A stretch of 64,000 bases of DNA. Source: Neoconidiobolus thromboides FSU 785 (lineage: Eukaryota > Fungi > Entomophthoromycota). The notes under the pieces were generated by a model. That model saw only the letters and a program-made list of their open reading frames with translations, was not told the DNA's origin and ran no database searches. The position numbers and the translations under genes were made by a program. Each line of letters begins with the position of its first letter. The first letter of the stretch is position 1. Shown piece by piece: positions 53,166-62,965 of this stretch. The stretch is from positions 18,984-82,983 of the forward strand of contig MU626349.1 of the NCBI GenBank assembly GCA_025603075.1, read 5' to 3'.

Positions 53166-55040
53166 TTAATTTGATTCCGGCTCAGTGTTCAAGGCATCAG
53201 CTAGTAAAGGATAAAAATATTCAAACAAATACTTCATACAAATAACAAAACTCTTCTTATGTAAAAGTAAATGTGATTTAATGAAATAATCCGAATTAGT
53301 CAAAAGATTGAAAATATAGTTACATTTCAAATTCATGTCAAAGTTGGGTTTTGCTTTAAATAGCTGATCTTGTTTGTTATATTCAAACCGTTTTAAATGT
53401 TGCTGCATTTTTAAGGTATATAATATAGCAGCAATACCAAATAAATCTTCATGATACAGCCATTCTTTTTTTAGTTCTTGTTGATGCGGGGAGCTACGTT
53501 GAATGTTTTTGCGTAAAAGAGTATCAGTAATAAACCTTGATCTAAATAGTAATGTAGTAGTATTACTTTGAATGCTTGTAAATGAAGATGAATGCTTTAG
53601 ATCAATTGCTTTACCAAAATCAATAACTTTGATTGAATAGCGAGAATAAGGATCTATTAATATATTATCCATCTTTATGTCATTATGCAAGATCCAATTC
53701 ATATGTAGATATTGTATGGCATCTATTAATTGATGTAAAATAACTTCAATAACATTGTTTAATATATTGTTCTTCTTAACGATAAAAGTGTTTAAATACT
53801 GTAATAAGGTAGGGCAGGAATAATAATCTAAAAATAATAATGAAAAATCCATATTATAAAAATAGATTGCTGATACGTTTGGGAAATAATCTTTATAATT
53901 TAGACCTTTTAATAAGTGATATTCAATTACACTATACTTCTGTTTTTGATTTTTGATTACCACAGCCTGATCTTTCAATTTATAAATCTTACCAAAACTT
54001 CCTTGTCCTATTTTCTTTTCAAGCTTTAATGTACGACTTATTACTTTATTATTATTGTCCTTCACTTCTAAATCAAATTCTTTATTTCCTTCAAAATTGT
54101 GTATTAAATTATGATTATTATAAAAGTTATTGCTAATAGTATAACATATAGTATCACTATCATTTGATATCTTAAATTTCAAACTATGGATCATTGAATC
54201 TGTATAGAACTGATCAATTACTTTGATAGTAATAGTATCACTTTGCATTTTATTGGTAACGATAATTGGTTTGATACTTGGGTTTATAAATAAGTGTTCT
54301 AATAATGATGTTATTAAATAAATACTATATTGTACTATTGCATGATATTTACCTATTTTATAACCCCTATTAATTTTATCATATCCCATAAACATTAAAT
54401 CGTTTAAACTATCGATATTTGTATTAATAAAATAAATTATGTTATCAGTACTTAATTTGAGATTTAAGGTTGATAATAACAAATCTAAATTCACTAATAA
54501 ATTATTATTGTCAGGTTTAGCACAAATGGCAGTAGTATAATTATCTTTTAAGTAATCCATAAAATTAAACCTAAAGTCTAAAAAGGATAGGCTATCATAA
54601 TTTAATATTGGTAATTTTAAATTGTTAGTCACAATGATATTTGGTTCATCTTCAGTAATATTATAACAATAGACCAAAATGTTATTGATAAAAAAGTGAA
54701 TTAAAGTTAAATTTAAAAAGGGATTAAAAAAGGGATTTAAATATATCATTATCAACTTAATTAAGTACATTGAGTGCTTCCCACTGTTATTTTTAATTGA
54801 ATGTTTGATGAGACCTTTAATTAAACTACGAATTACATTTACTGCTTGAAAATGGACTGTTTTGACTGAAGACTGAATAGTATTGGTATAGCTAAACTTT
54901 ATGTATTCAATGATCTGACTTTCAACAATACTCTCATTTTCCTTACGATCAATTAATTCTAAAATCTGCTGTTTATATTCTTTGTCTTTTTGACATACAC
55001 GTCTCATATTAATATTACTTATCCTCTTATTTGCTTTCAT
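53166..55040 (-). CDS. Intronless divergent Bub1-like protein kinase
   Basis: GQGSFG, VIK, HNDIKMDN, IDFGKAIDL, WLYHEDLFGIAAILY (compare Bub1 IDFGRSIDM / WTYQ.DYFG.A). Confidence 0.7.
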   Translation of the reverse strand: MKANKRISNINMRRVCQKDKEYKQQILELIDRKENESIVESQIIEYIKFSYTNTIQSSVKTVHFQAVNVIRSLIKGLIKHSIKNNSGKHSMYLIKLIMIYLNPFFNPFLNLTLIHFFINNILVYCYNITEDEPNIIVTNNLKLPILNYDSLSFLDFRFNFMDYLKDNYTTAICAKPDNNNLLVNLDLLLSTLNLKLSTDNIIYFINTNIDSLNDLMFMGYDKINRGYKIGKYHAIVQYSIYLITSLLEHLFINPSIKPIIVTNKMQSDTITIKVIDQFYTDSMIHSLKFKISNDSDTICYTISNNFYNNHNLIHNFEGNKEFDLEVKDNNNKVISRTLKLEKKIGQGSFGKIYKLKDQAVVIKNQKQKYSVIEYHLLKGLNYKDYFPNVSAIYFYNMDFSLLFLDYYSCPTLLQYLNTFIVKKNNILNNVIEVILHQLIDAIQYLHMNWILHNDIKMDNILIDPYSRYSIKVIDFGKAIDLKHSSSFTSIQSNTTTLLFRSRFITDTLLRKNIQRSSPHQQELKKEWLYHEDLFGIAAILYTLKMQQHLKRFEYNKQDQLFKAKPNFDMNLKCNYIFNLLTNSDYFIKSHLLLHKKSFVICMKYLFEYFYPLLADALNTEPESN

Positions 55041-56627
55041 CTTTGTTCTAACTAATCAATAATCGAACTATATTTATATGTTGTATATACCTATTATAAA
55101 CTATTAGGATAAAAAAACAGGTTTGATTCTATGAAATATTGATTTTACTACCTTTTATATTCTTTAAAATTTATTTAACATAATAACTATTATTTTAAAA
55201 CTAAGCAAATATCATATGAATTCAATAAAAGATAAACTTAGTTATCTATTGTAGCATTTATTGCCTCTGCTAGGTAAGCACTTACCTATCTACCTCTATT
55301 ACTTTATTTTTGGGGTTTTGGATCTTTTGCCTTTTGTAAGAAAAAACTATCATACTAATTGAAATAGCTGTCATATTACTATAAACATAAAGTCTAAGGT
55401 TTTTGCTGCTTAGTTTTGAAATATGTCGTCTCAATAAGATCATACTTATCCTTCTTCCAACTTTTCTCGTCTTTTTATTTTATTACGTTTATTATATTTT
55501 ACAAACAATATAAACTGATGTTTGAACCGATATATGCTTATTGAGCTTATATATATTATATTAATGCATCATCTATATTAACGCTATTATTTATTTTTCA
55601 TATCTGATTATATATATAATTAAACTAATTTAAATTTACACTTTAATTTGATTAGCCAATGATTTAACTTCATTTTAATTTAAAAAATACCCGCAAAACA
55701 AGATAGAGCTTATCTAAGATAATAAAAATTACATAACTACTAAAAGTATTAAAAAGTCGTTAATTAAAGTAAAAAAACTATAACTTATTATATTCCATTT
55801 AGGAGTATATATATAGCAAATATCAGCTTTTAAGTCTATATTAAATTTCCTCTAGCTATTTAAAAAATCTAACCATCTACTTCTTCATAAGTAAGTTTAA
55901 ATATTAAGTAAAATTATAATCCACAATCTTTCCAAACCACTTGCTCATTTCATGTTTCTAATTCATACTTATAATGTTGATATTGTGACTTTTTAATTCA
56001 TAGATCTATACTTATACTTCAATATTCACTAAAGTACCTACAGTTATTTCAGAGATTACCCTTTTAAAACGCCAGTACTCTTTTTCTAAAATTTCAGTAT
56101 TCTTTAAATCATGCAATTTTAAAGTGAATCTTTAAAACCAAAAGAATAATCTTTTGTCATTACTAACCATAAGCAACAAAGGAACAATAGAATATCTAAT
56201 AAGCATACGAAATAATCCCAACCAAAAAAGATAAAAGACATAATTTCTATAGTCTTAGATAAAATGTACTATTTTAATTTAGAGGATACTTTTTAAACCT
56301 ACTTTACAGTTTAATTTTTAAATGAATATCATTTTAAATGATTGTTTGTTAGTTAAAAATGGAAACCACAATGTTTTATAGAAACGCTATGTTAAAAAAT
56401 GTTATTTGATAAAGTTAATAAATTAATAATTAAACTCACTAGATTACTCCAATATTGCTACCTATAGATCAACTGTCTTTATACAAAGGATTAAATATCT
56501 CCCTACAAGTGATAATAGTGCAGCAAGAAAAAGGCATAATAGTATGATTTATTTCGGCCAATGGTTCTCACCAAAATTAACCATACTAAAAAAGTAACTC
56601 TAGAAAGCTGTTTTTCATTTTTAAAAA

Positions 56628-57291
56628 ATGAAAGAGGTTAATAAAGAGAATAAGGCCAACGAAGCTTCGACTGGTGGATCGAAGCTATCCAAATTTTCTA
56701 AATTATTTAAAAAAGAAAAATCACCAGAGTTAACACCTTCCAATTTAGAAGACCCAACTTCAAGCTTATTAACAAAAAGTTTAGAGAAGGAAAAAAAAGA
56801 ATCTGTGGAAGTTAGCTTGGAGTCTGATCTACATCAAGTAAAAGCATTTAAAGAGCCTAGTATGAATACTCAAAGCGAAATTGGTCCAGAAGAAAGTATG
56901 AAAAACGAGCCACTAAATACTAATGAAAACATCAATGAGGCAGATACTAAATCAATGGATGATTTGAGTCAGCAATTGATTGAAGTGATGTCACCAGTAA
57001 TATTAGATTTGGATAACAGAATACTAGGTGTAAAAGATAGTCAAGTTAAATTACAGATGGTAATTAATAGATTATTAGAAGGTAAGGTTTAGTTTGTTGT
57101 TAAGATAATTGTGTTTTATATTTGAAATAGAATTAAGTACATATTCTGCTATGGCCCATCCTCCCAAGTTACAGAATGATATTGATAAATTAATAAATGC
57201 TAGGAGGAGATTAAGCTCAATAAACACTACTTTAAGCATTGTACAGGATCGTTTGGATAAAATTTTAACTTATGCGCAAGGTGAGAGCTGA
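56628..57291 (+). CDS. SNAPIN: Snapin (BLOC-1 subunit) with a long charged N-extension, one intron at about 57083-57130
   Basis: LSQQLIEVMSPVILDLDNRILGVKDSQVKL...|ELS...DIDKLINARRRLSSINTTLSIVQDRLDKI. Confidence 0.75.
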
Positions 57292-57536
57292 GAAATAATT
57301 AAAGATTTGTTATATTTATTTATTATTTTGTATATATTAGTTGTATGAAAGCTGACACTATTATTGTTACGTTTAATTTATATTTTTTAGTAATAGCTAG
57401 TGATCTATTTTCACATTATTTTACTTCAGATTTTACTTCCAAATACACAAAATAAAAATATCCGTAGGCTACTATACTTAGCAGTATTAGTCTATAATTT
57501 GTTATAACGAAATGTTTAATTTATGTCAAACAGAGC

Positions 57537-57640
57537 ATATGGAAGTGTTTTTTTTACTTTATTACTTTTTCCATTTTTTAAACACTATTTGAATGGAAAA
57601 TTTGCTGGTAAAATTCTTAAACAAAAATACATCCCCATAT
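57537..57640 (+). mobile_element. MITE copy 11; flanks ATAT/ATAT
   Basis: GGAAGTGTTTTTTTT...AAAAATACATCCCC. Confidence 0.82.
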
Positions 57641-57666
57641 ATTTATTACCTGTTAGGCCAGTTATC

Positions 57667-57772
57667 AAATGGGGATGTTTTTTTTGATTTCATTACTTTT
57701 CCATTTTTTAAGCGTTATTTAAATGGAAAGATTGTTAGTAAAATTCTTAAACACAAAAAAACATCTCCAAAT
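57667..57772 (+). mobile_element. MITE copy 12; flanks AAAT/AAAT
   Basis: AAAT-GGGGATGTTTTTTTTG...AAAAAAACATCTCC-AAAT; non-palindromic direct repeat. Confidence 0.85.
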
Positions 57773-57960
57773 ACTCAAATTATTACTTGAACTTGTTATC
57801 AGGCATATTGTTTTAAGAGCTATATTAAAAGTGTAATAAAAGCAAAATAGGTTAAAAAAATATTTTTAAATAATAGTTGTTGCTTAGAAGTTAGTGTTTA
57901 TATCTGTATTAAGAATTATGTAATGTTTAATTTTATATAATTAGATAAATTTTAATAAAT

Positions 57961-58065
57961 ATATAGAGGTGCTTTTTTTGATTTCATCACTTCTTCCATT
58001 TTTCAAGTACTATTTGTAGAATAATCGTTAGTAAAGTTCTTAAACAAAAAGACGCATCCCCACAT
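57961..58065 (+). mobile_element. MITE copy 13 (more diverged); flanks ATAT/ACAT
   Basis: AGAGGTGCTTTTTTTGATTTCATC...GACGCATCCCC. Confidence 0.78.
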
Positions 58066-59174
58066 TCTACTTCATAAATTAGAGCTTAGGATGTCAAATA
58101 AATTTCTAAGGTTATAATAGTGTTTTATACGATAACAAAGTAGCTCATACCAGTGCGTGCTAATATGTTTAAGTTAATGATGATTTATATTAGAAACCAA
58201 AATCAATAAAAACCATGAAAAAATGCTACTATTTAAAGCCTTTTACCATTCAAAAAGGAGCAGGTTGACAAAAAAATAGTAAAATATTTGAATTTTATTA
58301 AATAATTATGTACAATAATGCTTGCATTTAGAAAAATAATGTTAACTTGACTTATACGAGCAGCAGCGAGTTAAGTAGCGCTTTAGTGTCATATATGTCA
58401 AATTAAAGCATTAAATTTGATAAGCAACTATAAGGTCTATGACAAGGAGTGAGTAAGGATCTATAAAATAACAATTAGTATTTGAATAACAAAGATTTTG
58501 GATTTGATATTAATATATCAGTAATTTGGGTATAGATATATTAGTCTACATAGAGATTAAGACTGACGTGCAAATGTCTTTTTAGGCTCATCATATTATA
58601 TAGTTTTATTATTATAACTGAACTTACATTAAGAAAATTAAAACATTGTTTCAAAAAATTTTCGATATTTTTTATAAATGAAAATTTTTTCGAGGTCAAC
58701 CAATAATATTAAACTTTATGTTTTAAGCAATTTTTGCTTTGCTTGCGAATTTTCAAAGTTAAATTATTGCACTTGGAAAATTATTGGTCTAAATTTGAAA
58801 AATTCCCTAATTATTACACATGCAATTCAACCAACCAACATTTTAAACATGTTTATGGTAACTTTTATTGGATCAAAGAAGTAGTTATTCTAATCATCTG
58901 TAACAGAGAGTCGAATTTGATTGGACGAAGATGATGCGATCATGAGCTAACCTAGAAACAGCTAGCACTAAAGTAAAAATAATTATCCTTCCTGATGACG
59001 AAATCTAGAAGTATCGATTGATAAAGTTTTGCAATTTAGCCAATGAAGTATTAAGCAGCACGAAGAGTAAGTCTGCACCAATCATTGAAATAACTTAAAT
59101 TAGGCATTTAAATACAAGTTTTGGTAGTAGAAAGAGGTAATTTTTCTCATATCATAAACGCTAAAGTAAATCAA

Positions 59175-60320
59175 ATGGCCCCAGTTGCTTTCTCAGATCT
59201 CTCAAAAGCCGTCAAAGACCTCCTCACTAAAGACTATCCAGTCGGTCAAGCCAAGCTTGAAGTTAAAACTACCACTTCAAACGGTGTTGTAAGTGTTTTC
59301 TCTTATAAGTTTTATCCAAAGCCTAAACTAGGTTTAAAATATAAATTAAAAGTAATATTAAAAGATAGTTTATTAATTAATTTAACGTATTAGAACTTAA
59401 CTGTTAATGGTCATCAAGATAATAAAACTGGTCATGTTTTTGGTGAAGCTAAATTTAAATATAATGACTTTGCCAACGGTTTTGTCCTTACTGAAGGAAT
59501 CACCACCACTAATAACTTGACTCTTCAAGCTGAATTAGAAAACAAATCTGCTAAAGGTGTTAAACTTGATCTTTTAGCCAGTTATTTACCAACTACTGGG
59601 TAACTATTATTTGTATTTAAAAATTTATTATTAAACTATTTTAGTACCAAAAATCTTAAGGCTAACATTTACTACAAACATAACCTTGCTCATGTTCGTA
59701 CCTCTGCTGATATTTTCAAAGGTCCTCTTTTAAATCTTGACTTTGTCGCAGGGTATTAATATTAGTACATATTTTAAATATTATCCTAACATATTTTATA
59801 GACAAGATGGTATTTTTGTTGGTGGTGAAACCGGTTATGATCTTGAAAAGGGTGTTGTAACTAAAACCAATGCTTCATTAGCTTATTTCCACCATGATTT
59901 CAGCGCTGCTGTTCACTCGTAAGTTTACAAATGTCTTTATTATCTTAACTAACATGAGATAGGACTGACTCATTCGGTAACTTTGCTGCCACTTACTACC
60001 AACGCGTAAACCCAGATATTGAAGTTGGTGCTAAAGCTTCTTGGGATAGCAAAGCCACTGTTAATGCAGTTGGTCTTGAGGTTGGTACTAAATACTTCAT
60101 TGACCGTGATACTTTTGTTAAGGTAATTTTTGTTTTTTTGTATTTGTTATGATATTTAACAATGATTTAGGCTAAAATCAGCAATCTTGGTAAACTTGGA
60201 TTAGCTTATACTCAAAAGGTCAGACCAGGAATCAAAGTCGCTGTTGGTGGATCATTTGACACTACTAAACTTGACGAACCATCCCATAAAGTAGGATTCA
60301 GCTTACTTTTTGAAAACTAA
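59175..60320 (+). CDS. POR1: Mitochondrial porin VDAC, multi-exon
   Basis: MAPVAFSDLSKAVKDLLTKDYP, KLEVKTTTSNGV, VKAKISNLGKLGLAYTQKVRPG, HKVGFSLLFEN*. Confidence 0.95.
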
Positions 60321-60976
60321 TTTTAACAATAAAACAAATTTTTAAAAATAAATACTATCAGCTTCATTTATGATTAATCTATATATGTAAATGTACATTT
60401 GTATCTATATTGAGTATATAAATAATAAGTTGGCATGAATGGCTACAGTTATTGGTTGTGAGCAATATACGCTTGTTACGTTAAGACATTGCTATTACAT
60501 TAAGTAATTATAAAATAATTATTACTCTTCGTGATAAAATATATACATCGATTAGAAATATTTAAAAAAAAGTTAAAGTATACCAGTAAATTCAATTTGT
60601 ATAGATTAAAGAACAATTGTTCTAAAAGTCCCACAAAGAGGGCTTGCTATATTAATGAGCTTTAAATGAATTTATTCAAAACTTAGCAACTATTGACCAA
60701 AATTCTGTACTATAATATAAGTAGAGGTAGCTTGATCTCGTACATACAAGAATGTCTTTATTCTAGTGCATAATACTATTAAATTATACACAGATAAAAA
60801 TGTTTATAACAAAATAAGAAATGGATTACCACATACAAATCAACAAAAAGAAAAACAAAAAAAGCGGTAAGAATAATCAAAGAAGTTCTTTAAATTTTAT
60901 ATTAGGTCAAGCACGTTTTATAAAAAAACCTATTAAATTTAACCAGTCTTAAATTGGACTAAGTTCGGTTCTCAAC

Positions 60977-61512
60977 TCAATATTTACCACGGCTAACTTT
61001 ATCGAGAACATAAGAGTGTTCGACTTCACTGAAATCAGTACCTTGAATATCAACAGCAATACCATTAAGAGCTTTCTTTAAAGCGTCTTTACTGGAAGAG
61101 TATAACATCTTTGACTTAACTTTAGCGTTATCTGGAGCCCTTTTTATAAAAAAGCAATAAATTTTAATCAAAGCAAAAGATATAAAGTAACTTACCAAAT
61201 ATAAAAGCAAATTTTAGTTCTTTTACCAGCGTCTTCTGTTTCGTAAGAAAAGTCATAAACAGCGAATCGACAGTCAGTTTCTGGAAGTTCAGCTACAAAA
61301 CTTTCATAATCTTCATCTTCAGATGTTTTATCAACTACGATCTCTTTAAAGTCATCAGAGATCTTATAAACAATATATTTGATTTTATGTTTAAGTTTGA
61401 GATCTTGAAATAAAGAAATACACTCTGGGTTAACTGCTATTCCACTTGACTATTACAAAAAAAATATCAGCTTTGTTTTCTATCAGTTTATGTATTGATT
61501 TTAACTTACCAT
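60977..61512 (-). CDS. COF1: Cofilin/ADF; ATG-only first exon, 3 exons
   Basis: M|[10 protein letters not shown]...[33 protein letters not shown], |[24 protein letters not shown]. Confidence 0.95.
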
Positions 61513-61650
61513 TTTACTATTTTTGTTCTTCTAAAGCTAACTATAGTTAAATTATTTAATACGTTTACTATTGAAGCTAAAACATGTTACCTATCAACTT
61601 ATAAAAAAGCTATAAAAATTTTCAACTTACTTATTACCTACTTTAAGTTC

Positions 61651-61822
61651 ATACTTATCCCGAAATGGCATCTTCCTTGGCGATTCATTCGCTAATAAAA
61701 GCCAAGGATGGTCGAAAGTGATTGGTTAATGCCACTAAAAAAGTGGAGGAAATGCTTCGAGTGATTCAGCCTTAGTCCAATTAAATATGGGCTTTCGTAA
61801 TTTGACGGGACTTAATTTGTAG
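61651..61822 (+). ncRNA. Candidate structured ncRNA with a U1-like layout (unverified)
   Basis: ATACTTATCC 5' end, TCCCG/CGGGA closing helix, three internal hairpins, AATTTGTAG Sm-like site, TATAAAA about 40 nt upstream; the conserved U1 loops and SL4 are not convincing. Confidence 0.25.
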
Positions 61823-62965
61823 ATTATTTTTATAACATTTTTTTTGCCCAGAAACCAAAATCTCTTTGACGTGTTGGCAAATAATTGTAGGATAAACCTC
61901 AAAAACTTGGTAGTGTTAGATTTTCATCCAATTATAACAATCCATACGATTTGGTTATTTAGGAACTATTACATCACCTTTAGATGAGTAAATTTTTATA
62001 AGTAGTGACTATTTTGTTGCTCTAATTATTTTCCAAGAGTAATTCGTATTATCAAATTATTTATTTTTATGATTCTAACAAATTATTAGTTATCTATAAA
62101 AAGTAAACTTTTTATTAGTAAATTTATCACAGAATGGCTCTGTCATTAGATATTTGTTATTATAATAGTAGATCAAAAATATATTTAAATTAAATTTATA
62201 TTTAGTAAAAAAGTATTTTATATAGTCAATTAAATTTGATCAATTTTTAGAGTTCATCAACAAACATTTAATTCTTAGTTATTATTTGTCTATTAAATCT
62301 AATTGTTTTGTTAAATAAATTAGCTCACAAATAAAAGTTCAGAATATCATTAAAATTCTAATTTTTTGAAATTCTCACATGGAAGCTTTTTAAAATTTTA
62401 TTAAATCAATTAAATTTATAAAACAAAATTTGTTATTAAATATTTTCATAGCATTTCAATTATATATATTATTCACTTTATAATACTAAAAGATATTTTA
62501 TAAGCATCTAAATAAAATTATCAGGTATGACTACTTTGCAGTTCCTTAAATCCTGAGAATTGATAGATATACTTAATAGCACACATATTTCTTATAAACT
62601 TATCATCTATGTCTTTTTATGGAAGTATTTATAGCTACTTCTATCTTCCACCTTTACAGTCAGCATATTTCGTATAAGAAAGTCTTTAGAAAAAAATTTA
62701 AATAATTGAAGTAACTTTCTAATCAATCAATAGTGTTTTAATATTACATATTATATAATCTAAATATACTATTGTTCAACAACTAACTGAGTGGTCGCTA
62801 CATTCAAATATTAAATATTAGGACTGATGTTGTGATTTTCATAAAATTGAGTACAAGATTGAAATTTAGGTCAAATGATTTTAAAGTAATAGTTGCTTAT
62901 AAAACTAAAAACGAAAAGTATAAAAAGCACAAAAAAACATTATAATAAAGAATGTACTATAAAAT

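Noticed and set aside
57537-58065. Repeat-spacer-repeat pattern resembling a CRISPR array
   Set aside because: Units are about 100 bp with TIRs and individual TSDs, spacers are irregular, the genome is eukaryotic and there are no cas genes.
58238-58250. GCCTTTTAC, the U5 snRNA loop I motif
   Set aside because: No flanking stem and no Sm site in the right position.
58992-59003. CTGATGA-C-GAAA hammerhead-like core, or a C/D box pair with ATGATG at about 58929
   Set aside because: There is no room for helix II, no pairing for helices I/III, and no terminal stem for a snoRNA.
61701-61746. AAGGATGG...GGTTAA.TGCCAC...GTGG resembling U6atac (and ACCATCCTT resembling U4atac on the minus strand)
   Set aside because: The essential AAGGAGAG/GTTAGC elements and the U4atac kink-turn/stem I are absent, and the spacing is wrong.
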